Below, one piece after another: positions 31,447 to 44,943 of a stretch of DNA of 64,000 nt; position 1 is the first letter of the stretch, and each line of letters starts with the position of its first letter. Source of the stretch: the human T2T-CHM13v2.0 reference genome, Homo sapiens; NCBI RefSeq assembly GCF_009914755.1, contig NC_060925.1. The stretch is one strand, 5' to 3'. Under the pieces are notes generated by a model that saw only the letters and a program-made list of their open reading frames with translations, did not search any database and was not told the DNA's origin. The translations under genes were made by a program, and so were the position numbers.

Positions 31447-32212
31447 CAGCATTTCTCAAAGTTCCTCAAAACAGTATTCCATTACGTAATGCATTAGTTC
31501 CCAGGGCTGCCATAACAAAGCACCACAAACTGAGTGGCTCAAACAACAGATATTTATTGGGTCACAGTTCTGGAGGCTAGAAGTCTAAGGTCAGCGTGTC
31601 ATTATGGCCATGCTCCCTCTGAAGGGTCTGTTCAGTCCTCTCTGGCAGCTTCCAGGAGTTTCTTGGCCTGTGGAAGCATAACTTCAATCTCCATATGGCA
31701 TTCTTCTTCTGTGTGCATTTGTCTCTGTGTCCAAATTTTCCCCTTCTCTAAGGATACCAGTCATCTGGATTAGGGGTTCAGCCTACTCCAGTATGACCTC
31801 ATCTAGACTATCTACATCTGCAATGATCCTATTTTTTAAAAAGGTCACATTATGAGGTACTGGGGATTAGGTCTTCAGTATATGAATTTTAGGAGACACA
31901 ATTCAACCCATAACAAAAATTATTTCAAATTTTTGAAAGAATTTTTTTAAAAATATTTTCAAAAATTTGAAAGAATAGAAAAAAAGGATTCTAAGGCCAA
32001 AAAGTTTGCAAAATTTTGCCGATTCTATTCACTATCCACATCGAAAAGGCACAACAGCATCTTAAAAATTTTGAGCCACTTACAATACTGATACTTTATA
32101 CAATTAGAAAACCCAATGTTTCTCAAGTTTAGGTGACCGGGGAATCTATTTCCATAAGTGACACTCATTTACGTCCCTCTAGTGTTCCATGAAATAACCC
32201 TCAGAAAATGCA
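31447..32212. mobile_element. hAT-Charlie MITE (MER103C-like), split by an MLT1 LTR
   Basis: TIR-like cagcatttctcaaagt; internal aacccaatgtttctcaag; end gtgttccatgaaataaccctcagaaaatgc. Confidence 0.45.
31490..31915 (-). mobile_element. MLT1B/C-like solo LTR
   Basis: tgcattagttcccagggctgccataacaaagcaccacaaactg...ggagacacaattcaacccataaca. Confidence 0.8.
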
Positions 32213-32439
32213 AACAGATTTCAAACAGCCCTATCAGAGAGCAGCCCAAGACTTAAACCCTGATCATTGTCTATAACAACAGTGAAAATAAATTTCAGGC
32301 AAGCCAGCAAGCTTATGACAGCCCATAACCCTGTCACCTCTTCTTGCCTCTTTGGAAGAAGAGTGGGAGTGTTACAAAGTCCTGAATAGAAGCTCTTCAC
32401 TGCAATTATAACAGACTCAAAATCAAGTGGCAAAAAGGA

Positions 32440-33020
32440 ACGCCATCATTAAGCGAGGAGGGGAAAAACATGACGCTGACATTCTGCCAAAGCTCTTTAA
32501 ATGAGGTCATGCACTCGAGCGCACAGACTATTGCTGATAACCGGCAGCGCAGGAAGAATTGTTAGGAAACAATAGAGCATGCATGGTGTGGCTGTTTCAT
32601 GAGTGGGAAGGAAAGTGAGTGTGGGGCGAGCTGTGGAGCTGCCCTCGCTGCTGCCGATAGTCAAATTCACAGCTGGCTGCCCTGGGCAAATGCATCGGCC
32701 GATCTCGGCGCCCCAGGCACACGCGGGCCAGAGCTCTGCTGCCACCCGGGCAGCTGCCGCGCTGTGGGTTGATGCCCTGCTAATCCCACTCTGCACATCC
32801 CCCTGCTTGACGGAGCAGAAGAAAAGTCACTGTGCAGCGGCTGATGTGCTTTCCTTTTCAAGCAGATGCTGCTTTATTGGACGCCTGACTTTGCGATTAA
32901 CTTTGGCTTATTTTTTGCTGTATGCCTTTTCCAAAGCTGCTTTAGTTCCGGGTGCAAGCTGAGTGCCTGTGATTTCATTAATCCGGTACTTTCTGCTCTC
33001 AGCAGCCTGGTTCACCACCG
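32440..33020. promoter_or_regulatory. Non-repetitive CpG-rich island, candidate enhancer/promoter
   Basis: About 25 CpGs in about 580 bp against a CpG-depleted background; four E-boxes, paired SOX motifs, TAATCC. Confidence 0.5.
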
Positions 33021-33747
33021 GGTCTGCAATTGGCATTTTGCTTGTGTCCTGGCTAGAACAATTGCTAGCCTATTTGTCTCAACAGGCTTATTATAGATTT
33101 GGCCCATGGACTCATCTCAGACACTGCAGAGGCACCGTCTTCATTCAGACCTGATAGAAAAATATGCTAACTATGACAACACCTTTGGAGTCTTCCTTAG
33201 GCCTGATATGGAAGGGGAAAATGAACAATTGTAGTGCAGAGAAGAGGACAGCCAACCAGAGGCATTTAATTGGAAAGCAAACTCGCCTCAGGTATGTGAA
33301 GATGTGGGAAGTGATACCCGAATGTTGATGAGAAACAAATATTGAGTAAATCATTTTAAAAGAGATGGGAGAAGAATACAAAATCCGGTGTTTTTTTTAA
33401 AGAAAACCCACTCAACTGAGCTCTTCCAGGTATACATAAAGAGGGATATGATCTCCTATAGAAAGCAATCGGCATCCTCTGGTTAAAAATGAGGCTTTGA
33501 AAGTAAACTTCCAGGGCATTCAATTCCATCCTCTAAATCCCCAACATATCCACATGAAACGACTGCTAACCAGGTTAAACGATTAGCTGAGCAGGAGAAT
33601 CAGAGATTGATATTCCAATGCAACGTGTCATAAAACCCAAGCCAGTAGTGTCTGTAGCATAAGCCTGAGCTCCCATTTGGTCATTATTTGAAGCCATACA
33701 AGAAGATCCTTATTCTTCCCTTTTCCCACACTCCAAGGGACTCAAGT

Positions 33748-33798
33748 GCACACATATGCACACACACACACACACACGTGTACATGCAAATACACACA
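33748..33798. repeat. Imperfect (CA)n microsatellite
   Basis: Directly visible. Confidence 0.85.
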
Positions 33799-34664
33799 GA
33801 AACATAGCTGAAGTTTCTGCCTCCTTACTTAGAAAAAAAAAGTAAAACATCTGCTTTTAAGACCGTCTATAAGAGGGGTCTATATGTTTACCTGCCTCCC
33901 CTCTCCATTCCATCTTAAGGGAAGGCATGGAATAAAATTAGCATGAAACACATTGGGGAAAATTGTGGGGAAATATTACTTGGTTCTCCTGGTGAGAAAT
34001 TGAAACCCAAAAAGACTATTGTATAAAATTCAGTTGTTCTTCAGTCAGTAACATATCATAAATTCTGCCTTAGAAACCAAACCAAAGGACTGCAGAAAGT
34101 TTGAAGATCTAGAAAGAAAACAAAACACCAGAGAGTGATTAGTGATTCTCTCCAGGTGGTCTAGAGTACTGTTTAAAGCCGCATCATTATGGCAGGCTCC
34201 CTCCAGGGCTTTCTCTAAGCAGTCCCATCTAAATGCCCTGAGAGTCTAAACATGTTTTAAGTTCAATGAGGAATGAATTTCTGAGATGGAATATGCAAAC
34301 TCTTTGGGATCTATGAACCAGAGGGTGATGCAGGACAGCATTTGATGCTAGGCATTAGAATTGCTGCAAGAGATAAAATATGGTGGAATCCAACCTTGTT
34401 TCGGCAAAATTTGCAATTTTTTGCAAAATGTTCACAAGCAAACAGAAAAAAAATCAAAGCATTTTCTTTCTAATTGCATTTCTCTCTTTCCTACCCCAAT
34501 GCTACCCAATTTTTGTTTCCACTAATAAACCACTTTAACAACAGTATAGATGTACCAAGATGATGAATTTCAATTCAAATGCACTCTATTTTGCTATTGA
34601 GACTAAATGTGAGCCAGGCATGCTATGGACCCCTCTGGACCCTTTCAGAAGGCAATATTCTCAA

Positions 34665-34820
34665 CCAAGTGGTTGTAAATCTTGGCTGAACATTGGTATC
34701 ACCTGGGAAGTATTTTTAAAATACTGCTGCCTGGATCCTCTGTCTTCAGAAATTTTGGTTCATAATTGGTCTGGGCTACAACATGGTTTTTAAATTTTCA
34801 ACCAAGACTAAGAACCAATG
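34665..34820. mobile_element. MER5-type hAT-Charlie MITE
   Basis: agtggttgtaaatcttggctgaacattggtatcacctggga..aattggtctggg..ctaagaaccaatg. Confidence 0.6.
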
Positions 34821-35606
34821 TAAGAGTAACCTATATTATTTGAGTTTATCATTCTTTCAGATATGTTTCTCTGGTTCTGGCCCTTTGGGGATTCTCCACA
34901 GACATCACTCCTAAACCAATACTGATATCATAAGTCAAGCCATAGCCCAGTGAATGGACCTGATATATTTTACAAGATGCACCAGGACAGTGCCCTCTCC
35001 CTGCTGCCTGACCTCTCAGTCTCTCTGAATACACCAAGCTATATTAGACAGATTGATAACAGAAGGGTTTGGGCAATATCAGAAAAGAGTTACAAATCTA
35101 GAAAACAACAGGAGGTTCTACTAAATTGGACTTTTCTGAGCCTCAAAAGGAATATCCCTCATGGGTATTTTCCCCACTGTTTACCAGGGTTCCCAGCCAT
35201 CATGTAGCAAACTTTTTCCACCAAAGGGCTTCTGTCTAAAGTCTCTCTGTAGAAATCTCTATCTTTTCTAGGAAAATTCCTCCCCTTCCCACTCCCAGAT
35301 TCTCCCCATCCCCACCTCATACACCATTTTCCAAATTAGATTCCTACCATCTTAAGATGCAACTGCATGTGTAAGCCAGATAAGCCTCCCAAGCCTCTCT
35401 ACTTGCCAGGGGAGAAATGGGGTCCAATCTCATAGGCAAGGGTGGTCCTGGATCCTCCAATTGAGATTTTTTTTTCTGTAGCTCACCACTAGAGCTGTAG
35501 TCCTGCCAGTGACTTCAACAAGAACATCTTAATTAGGCAATTTATCCCAAGGGTGGATTAATTGTTCCTCCTGATCACCTATGCACACCACTACAGTAAA
35601 TTTAGC

Positions 35607-35815
35607 TAGGGGTCTCAAACTGAAATGACCTCAGAGATCTGGGAGTTAAGAAATGAGTTAATGGTCTCGGTATAAGACAGTAGAGAATGTTGGGAATGGA
35701 ATTCATTAAATACTATTTAGTAATAAAGGCATAAAATATAAAAAATAACTGTGGCATTCAAACAAAATACAGTTGAGGACCTAAGCCAGTCAACTGGCCC
35801 ATTTTTGAACACTAA
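35607..35815. mobile_element. hAT-Charlie MITE (MER102-like)
   Basis: TIR-like taggggtctcaaactgaaatg. Confidence 0.35.
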
Positions 35816-36384
35816 TCTAAATTCTTATTGAGAAAAAAAATATTTTCATTCAACTTTCAAGGCATATGCCCTAGACTTAGAAGGAATAGGAGTCACTGTG
35901 GAGCTCATAAAGGGATTTTGCTTGTTCCTGCCCCGTGAGGAGGTAGGTCCACCTAAATCAATGAAGGGCTATATTGGCATTAGTGGAGACACTCCGTCCT
36001 CGTACCCACCTGTGCCACATGTATTCCCACTTCTACACTTTCCATCAAGCTGCTCCCTTTAGCTCTACCACCCTTCCCACCTCCCTTCACCTGGCTAATG
36101 CCTATTTATGCCTCAAGACTCAGCTTAGGTATTACTTCCACAAGGGATCCCTCTCTACCACACCTCCCAGACTAGTTTGGACTTTCCTTACACATTCCCA
36201 TAGCATCCTGTATTTGCTTGTTCATAGAACACTTCACAACATTAAATATCTGCTCTGCACCCACTGGCCAGATTGTAAACAATTCAAAGCCAGATGGTAT
36301 TATTTGTTGATGAGATTGTGTAGCAACATGAACGGTTTAACATTGCTGGTGGTAGTGAAAACTTAAACACGTAATAATACAGGA

Positions 36385-37420
36385 ATTCAGTTCCTAGGTA
36401 TAAACTTCTAAAAATTCATTGCAAATGTGTGCAAGGAGATATTGATGAGAATGTGCATAACAGTATTGTTTGTAATGTCCATTATAAGGAAAATGGATAT
36501 TTAAATTGTGTTAAGTAAAGTTTATCCATAAAATGGACTATTACCCAGCAATGAAAAGGGAATTATTAAAGCTACATGTGCCAAAGGATGAATCTCATAA
36601 ACATCATTCTCAGAGAAAAGTTTAAGTCATTGAAGAATACCTGCAGCATGGTATAACAATATAAAGCTTTAACATGTGTAAACAAAATTATGATTAGTTT
36701 AGGAACACATACAGGTATAATAAGTTGTGTTAGTTTGCTGGGGCTGCTGTGACAAAGTACCACAAACTGGGTAGCTTCAACAGCAGACATTTATTATCTC
36801 ACTGTTCTGTAGGATAGAAATCTGAGATCAAGGTGTCGGCAGCGTTGGCTCCTTCTGAGGGCTTTGAGGGAAGGATCTGTTCAAGACCTCTCTCCTAGCT
36901 TTGGGTGGTTTGTTGGCAATCTTTGATGTTCCTTGGTTTCCAGACGCATCATCCTACACCTTCTTTCATGTTCACCTGGCATTCTCCCTGTGTGCATGTC
37001 TGTCACTATATCCAAATTTTCCTGATTTATAACAACACAGTCATATTGGGTTAGGGCCCACCTTAATGATCTCTTCTTAACCAGACCATTTGCATGCATG
37101 TTCTTTCCAAATAAGGTCAAGTTCACAGGTACCAGGGTTAGGACTTAAACATTTTTGGGGGAACGCAATTCAACTGATAATGTAAATATATAAAGAAACA
37201 CATGGTAATGATAAATGCCAAATTAAGAGAAATAATTATTTCAGGGTTGAAGGAGGAATCTGTGTTCAGGAAAGGGTTAACAAGGGTTTCAACTGCCATA
37301 GGAATATTTTATTTCTACAGCTGATTGTGAATACACAAGTGTTTCCTCTATTAGTCTTTGTAGCTCTTTTTAAATCTAAAATACTTCATGGTAGTTATAA
37401 AATATATATTTTATAATAAT
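36385..37420 (+). mobile_element. L1ME-type 3' fragment split by an MLT1 LTR
   Basis: ttcctaggtataaac..gtattgtttgtaat..ggatgaatctcataaacat. Confidence 0.6.
36726..37182 (-). mobile_element. MLT1B/C-like solo LTR
   Basis: tgtgttagtttgctggggctgctgtgacaaagtaccacaaactggg...gggggaacgcaattcaactgataatg; TSD taagt/taaat. Confidence 0.8.
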
Positions 37421-38149
37421 TAAAATAGATATTTTTTCCTGTACATCTTCACATTACACTGTGAAACATATGAGGGCAGGGCCGCTGTATCACAGGGGAG
37501 CACAGTGCTGATAACAGCAGGCATTCAACAAATCCTTGAATTAACTAATGAGGCCGACTTTATTTATCGCTACCTGGGTGTGAGGAACTGAGAGGACATG
37601 GGTTTTGATTGCATTATCCTGTGGGTGATCAGCAGCATTAGGACTTTAACTTAAGTAATCTAACCCTCCAAATATCATCATCTCTCTTCCTTGATGTGGG
37701 GGAGGAAAACTGAGTACTACAGAAATCCAAAGGGTTGTTTTTGCTTCTTTATTCTTGTCATTGGATACCCAACAGTTAAGTTGGCAGAGACACTCAGATG
37801 TTACTAGGCCTCAACATATTTAATTACAAACCCACTATTCAAGGAATTCAGAGACCAAGATGTTAATATGTGGAGATTCACAGCCACTGTAATCTCAGTG
37901 CTTGCCACCATATGAACCTGGCCTGGGTGCAGATAGGTAGCCTTAAAGAATTACAGTAAACATACCTTCCTTATGACAAAAGCATGTAAATAATGAACTA
38001 GAGGAATCTAGGAGAAAAAAAGAAGGGTATACAACAGCACATTACTGGGGATAACAGTACCTGGTAAATTTGCCTAGCTCCCATTTGTCCCCACTTATTT
38101 GGGAATTATCTCTTGGTCCGCAGAAGTCGGTCTTTCCATCAAGTTATAC

Positions 38150-38590
38150 TTTGTGTTTTCAGGTCTTCAATTGCATTTGATGGGACCAGACATGAGCACC
38201 AAACCAAAGCTTACCAATCAGATGCAGATGAGAAACTGGAACTGAGAAGTATTAGTCTCTGCAGCTGAATAGAATTGTAACATCTGAATTCAGGCACTGT
38301 GGGGTGGCCACATTCTACTTTTTGGAAAAAAAAAAAACTAGAAAGAGGGTCTGCAGAGGAGAGAAAAAGAGAGAGAGAGGACCAGTGAATCATGAGAAGA
38401 TAAGAGATGAAAACAGGAGAGACTCGAAGCCTTTCCAGGTGCTCATTCCAAATCCTTCCTGAAATCTACCTGTGTTCGTGTCCTCAGGTTCCATGAAGGT
38501 TCCCTGTATTGTTAAAAGAAATACCTATTTTATTTAAGTGAGGTCAAATTAGTTCCTGTTACTTGTAACCAAAGAGACCTGACTAATATA
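38150..38590 (+). mobile_element. ERVL LTR (LTR16/LTR33 group)
   Basis: 3' end gttcctgttacttgtaaccaaagagacctgactaatata. Confidence 0.45.
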
Positions 38591-41171
38591 GCTTGGCAGA
38601 TGGTGGGATAAAGCACAAAACAGAAAGGAACTGAATTTCTCAGCCTAACAGGTGGCAGGAATGATGCACCCGGTCCCATTCTTTCAGCCCTGCCCACCCA
38701 CTACCTTTCCATCCCACTCAGCAGACGAATTTCCATTTTTTTCAATCCAGAATGGGAAACAAATGAAAGATACAAAACCTTCCAGATTATTAGCACAAGC
38801 CAAATGGAGCTGGACAGCCTCCAGCTACCCACTCAGCCACCCTCAAGCAGCTGTCTCCAAGAGCTAAATGAGAACAACCATGACAATAAGAATTCAGCTT
38901 TGGAGCACAATAGGAGCCTTTCCTGGAGCCAGGAAGGTGGAACACTGAGTGAGCCAGGGGAGTGGGAAAGGGTTTTGGGGCTGAGAAGTTTGAGCAACAA
39001 AGGTGGGAACTGGGAAAAAAAAAAAAGAGACTGATGGGCAGAACAACCAAATGCCTTCTTTAGCCTCTTTAAGAGCTCTATCAGTCACTATTAAATTAGT
39101 CAGTGACAGTTTGCAGCCAAGAAGAAAAAGAAAAATGCCAAACTCACTTATTGGTATATCTCCATGCCTACCAGCCACCCCACACTGGCAACAGGTATAT
39201 ATTAGATGAACAACATCATCTTTAATGAATTACACAGAACTAAGCTGTATTTGGATTGTGAGCACCCATAATCATATCTTGTTCAACTTTATATCACCAG
39301 TAACTACCCTGATTCTGGGCTTAGAATTGGCACTAAATATATGCTTGGTGGATGTGATTACATTTACTTGAGTGTGCTGTCAAGATGCCCAGTATTGGTG
39401 CTGCAGCTTAGGAATATCCTCTTGATTATTGCAACCAGAGGTGAATGCCTAATACTAATACATGGAACTCATGTTTCTGCCCAAAAGAAAGAAAATTAAA
39501 AAGCTACTTTTCTACCAGGAAAGTTTAAAATGATGTCTCCTATAGTGCAGCATAACTAGGAAGACAAAATATAGAAAGAGGGCCTAGAGTATCCAAACTA
39601 TAAAGAGATAAGAGTTTCAGTTTCAAGCCCAGTGAGACAATGAAGCATTCCCTACATAACTGGAATACATTTCTCCAAAATGCCACCATACCCATGTTTC
39701 CTTCCACACTGACCATATGCCTATCAGCATCATAGGCTTTCATTGTTTGATTAAGAGAGCTTGTGAGTGTCCCAGAAGGGTTGAACAATTGGAGAATGCC
39801 CATTTAAGACAGTTCAAATGGAGCTCAGCAAAGCCACACTTCTGATGGACAACCCGCCAATGACAGGTGGGCTAGAAGCCATCACCAAAAGGATCCCACC
39901 AGGCACACAAAAGGGCTAATGTGACTTCCTAGCCCAGATAACTGGGCAGTGCTTCCTCAGATGTTGCTGGGTGGTCCGGAGGATTGATCTGACTTCCAGG
40001 AGGCCCCACTGCACTGCACTGGGAATCAGTGATCTTTTGTTGCTGACTTTATTCCTTTGCCTGTGGCTCCTTTAGGGGGACCCCTTCTCCAGCTACTTCT
40101 CTATGCCCAAATTCCCTTCCATTTTCTACTCCCCTCCAGGTCTCACTGACCCTCATTCCAGTCCCTTAGGAGCAAGATCATCTGATCTTTTTGCTTCCCT
40201 TTCCAGCAGGTTATTCTGACATAACCTTTAGGTCCACTGTGCTCTAGGGCTGACCTTGGGATTCTCAAAGCCTTTCCTCTCTTAATTAGTCTCTTCTAAC
40301 AAAAAAGCTTTTCCTTTTAAAATTTATTTTTGCTGCCAACCCCAATAGACTATTTTGGAAATCAGAAAACCTCAATTTGAGTCTTTTTCTTCTTTGCATT
40401 TCTGCTACACCAATTCTAATTCTTCTCAAGGTAGTGTGGATATTCCAACAGTCTAAGGAACATGTCACTCATCTTCAAGTAGATGCTGAAAATAGATAGG
40501 CTCATTTCTTGTTATTATATTCACATATGATCTTAACAGGAACCAAGAGACCAGCATTTTGCAAAATATTTTGCAGGAAGAAACCTTGGAAATGTTATTT
40601 CTGAAGATGGTACCTAAAGGAATTCCAAGTAGGACCACAAAAAGAAATTTTAAACCACTTGTAGTCTTTTCTAAAGTTTTGTAGACAAAATCTGAAGTCC
40701 CTGAATCCTAGCTTGGAATGAGGCTTCTGATACATAGACATCCAAGAGACACCTCAGAAAATGCAAACTCTTAGTCACTAGCGAGGCTTCACCTCCTTCT
40801 TGCTCTCTCAAGTTTTCTGTCCTAGTGAACATAGCTGGTATTATGAAAATTGCAAGAATAATTTTTCAGGCTGAAGTCGAGGCTCGTTGTGGAGGGTCTA
40901 CTCCCTCCTATCTTCACTTTGGGGCCCCCTTTGACTCCTTGGACTTCCAAATGATGACAAGTCTAATAACCCAGATGACCTCCAACATCAATGCTATATG
41001 ATATGGAAAGAACAACGAAAGAGAGGAAAAGAGAAGAAGAGAGGGAAAAGACAGCCTTTTAACTCTCTTGTCTCTTCCAATCCAGTTACATCCCTATCAG
41101 AGAAGTTCCACTGTGTGTAACTCAAATATTCTATGTTTTCCTTTATCTAATCAAAGTTTCTTTTTCTGGAC

Positions 41172-41376
41172 TTGCATCTTTCTAGTGTGGTAGCCACTAG
41201 CCACATGTGGCTATTTAAATTTAAATTTCAACTAATTAATATAAAGTTAAAAATTCAGCTCCTCAATCATGTTAACCACATTTCAAGAAGTCTAGAGCCA
41301 CAAATAATAGCTACTCTTTGGAGAGCATGATATAGAATATTTCCATCATTATGGAAAATCCTAATGAACAGCACTG
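41172..41376. mobile_element. MER3-like hAT-Charlie MITE
   Basis: gtagccactagccacatgtggctatttaaatttaaat...gaacagcactg. Confidence 0.7.
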
Positions 41377-42661
41377 TAAATGTAGACAGTGAGAGAATGG
41401 GGAGTCCTTAGAATGGAGAGTTCCTTAGAACTTTATGAATGTGACCGATAAAGCAGATTCAGCTAGTAATGGTAGTAGTAGTAATAGCTTAACATTTATT
41501 AAGCACCTCTCTAGGTTATTACAAGGGTTATTTTCATTTTACAGAAGGGCTTAGGAAGACTATGGTGTGTGTAGTTTGAATCCAGCAAGTCAGGTTCCAA
41601 GAGCCCATTCTCTTGGAACTTTGATGTGCAATATAGAAAAAGTATCAACCGGACTTGAAAGAAAAGTCACCCACACCAAACCAAACAGAGTCTACACAGT
41701 GATATTTGAAAATGAATGAGGCTATGCTCTTGCAAACACTGGCTACAGGTTTCCATCTGCTACTTAGAGAAAAGGGTTAGGACATCCATATCAGAATCCA
41801 GCAATGTATCATTTGTACAGATGTCAGTATGTTGTAAAATGCATGTTCATTATTATTCCATAATCTCTAATTTTCCCTTAGCTGTCATCCTAGTCTTCTT
41901 AGATTGTAAGTTTCAAGGAGGTGGGGATTATGCCTATCTTTAACATGACTATATCCCCAATATGTAATACCTGTATTTAACGTAGTATAGAGTATGTAAT
42001 AGTCTCTCAATACATATTTTTGCATGAATAACAAGAGAATAAAAATAATCTTTCCAAGTTTTTTTTTTCTTTCCAAGACCTACCTGATCATAAAGTCAGG
42101 ACTTTCGTGTGTACAGTAGGCAAAAAAAGATACTCAGTACCCTTTTCATAATGCCTTTCTCATGTAATGGGCATTTGTTGATTTAGTAACTCAGGCTACA
42201 TTCTCTCTTCCTATGGTACAACACCCCAATTTCTATTTAGGGAATGACTAATTCCCATTGTGTGCAATCTTAGAGTACTACCAGTCAAGGATATCCGTAC
42301 TCCTCTAGCCAAATGGCAAGCCAAGGTAGACCAACTCTCCTTCCAGACGGAGACTGCTAAGTGGAGCTGCACAAACTTAAATGATCAGTTGGAACAAATT
42401 CACTCAAAGTGTGATGCCCATAAGATTGCCCTTTCGTTTCTCCACCTGAATCCCTAGAACTCCTTATTTCTTTCTCTTCTACATCTATTTTCTCAGCTTT
42501 TCCTTCAGTTCTACGAGTACCCTGCATTCTCCCCAAACAAAACAAAGTAAAACAAAATGTTTTTTATTAAGTTAGCCAAGTTAGTTTTTTCTCTCTTTAA
42601 ACCCCCAAATTCAATCAGTGCATCTAAGAAATCTTCTCCCTACTTGCACCCTCATACCACC

Positions 42662-43641
42662 TAGGGGTGGCCACATAACTTGTGCAGCCCAGTGCACTAT
42701 GAAAATTTGGAACCCCTGGTACGAAAACAGGGTAACAGTGTCATTAAAGGTACTAAAATATAAAGCTCTTTCTTTCTTCTGTAGTCTCTTTCTGTGCTCA
42801 TCATAAAGTTTGTTCTTTCATATATAATGTTTGAAGTAAAGACAAATTGCAATTTTAAATTATTATCATAAATTTTATCATTTATCTTCATTGTATAATG
42901 CCTGTGTTAAGTGCAATAGCAGACCATTTAACTGATATCCAGAATTACCAAAATTACACAATTCTCATTTCATAGTTCATACATGTGTATGTATTTTGTT
43001 CTTACTAGAATAGTAATTAAACAAAAGAAAAACTTACTCAAACTGATTTTATTTCACTTCTTGATACATATACATTACACTTTTGGACTTACTGACGAGT
43101 AGAAAGAACTGAAAGGAATGAGAATTACAGAAACCTTCCCTTTTATGTCACCATTCCCAGCCTGAGTTTCAGGGATGTAACAGAAGTAAAAAAAAGAATA
43201 TCATAAGGTTTTTTGGTCTTTCATATTTATTGGAACATCATTGCTTTCCTTTTGCATTCAATATAAGTTCTGGGTACAATCGAAAGTGTAGACTCTAATG
43301 CTGTCAGTGCCCTTGTTTACTCAGTTGTAAATGTACTACAGTTAACATTATATGGGCTTTGAATCTCACTGAACTTCCACATGTTGTGGATCCACCAGAA
43401 TTCTATCCTCACAGGGCATCAGGAAGGCTATATATGGATGGGGTGCCAAGGAACAGCAGCAAACCCACATTGCCTTTATCTCCTCTGCTTTCACACCTAC
43501 TCTATTATTCCATTGAACTTGGCTTATGAAATATAAGTTCGAAAATAAAATTATTAAGAATGTCAGGATAATGACAGCAGACTCCTAAACCACTTCTAGG
43601 CATGGGATCCCAGGCAACTGCCCAGTATGATGCTGACCCTG
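42662..43641 (-). mobile_element. MER45B-like hAT-Tip100 element
   Basis: Ends taggggtggccacataacttgtgcagcccagtgc and aagttcgaaaataaaattattaagaatgtc..gctgaccctg. Confidence 0.6.
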
Positions 43642-44269
43642 ACATCACAACTTGCATTTGGACCAACAGTAGTCAAGCTACCTATCCTTTCACCAGCTTA
43701 TGCCCTCAAGTCTGCTTGACCTGTGGACATCTCATTGCAAGAAGATGTCCCTGCATGATGGTTCACTCTGTCCTTTGTGTGAGACTCACTGAGAATAAGA
43801 GAAGATGGAGTTTCAAACAAGGGTTTTGTGCTTTTCCTATTTAAATGAGTTTCAGAGAAGCCTGTATAGCCCTACTTAGGAAGGAACAAAGAAAAACTCC
43901 TGAACATTCTACTGCTTTCTATAAAGGCAAATGAAGGGACATTTCACAGGGCAGGAGAGGATCCAATAGTGACTGTCTAGGAGAAAAGATTAGAACATTA
44001 CAGGAAATATCCTCAGAGAGAAGACCAGAGAGTGACCCTCCTCATTCCCAAAGCCTCCATTCTGTCCTGCTATGGCAATTTAGATGCTATAACATTTAAA
44101 TCCCAAAATGGAAAGGACCTTTGAGGTCATCAGATGCAACTCTTTCATTTTACAGATGAGGGTAGGTGACTTTCTTGATGTCACCATGCCAGTTACTAGC
44201 AGCACCAGGCAAGGGCCTTAATTCTTAACTTTTACCCCCATAATTAGCCGAAGGATTCTTTCTCCTAAA

Positions 44270-44597
44270 GATAAAAATAAAGGGTATACTGTATGATTTT
44301 ATTTTTACAGCACTCTTGAAATGACAAAATTATAAAAATTGAGAACAGATTAGTGATGACCGGGGGTAGAGATAAAAGAAGGTGGAGGGAAATGAATGTG
44401 TCTATGAAAAAGAAGTGGAGGGTCTTTATGGTGAATCTGTGTCTTGCTGTATCAATATTAATATCCTGGTTATAATATTGTACTATAATATTAAAAGACA
44501 CTCTTTTGGGGAAACGGGGGAAAGAATACATAGGATCTCTGTATTATTTCTTACAATTACATGTGTCTACAATTATCTCAGTTAAAAGTTTAATGTA
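44270..44597 (+). mobile_element. L1MD-type 3' UTR fragment
   Basis: tactgtatgatt..gaaatgacaaaattata..gagaacagattagtg..ggatctctgtattatttcttacaa. Confidence 0.7.

Positions 44598-44943
<346 letters not shown>

Noticed and set aside
32497-32962. Overlapping 99-119 aa ORFs in the CpG-rich island
   Set aside because: Expected from high GC; no recognisable domain
40560-40575. Perfect 16-bp palindrome tgcaaaatattttgca
   Set aside because: About one such palindrome is expected by chance in 64 kb of AT-rich DNA
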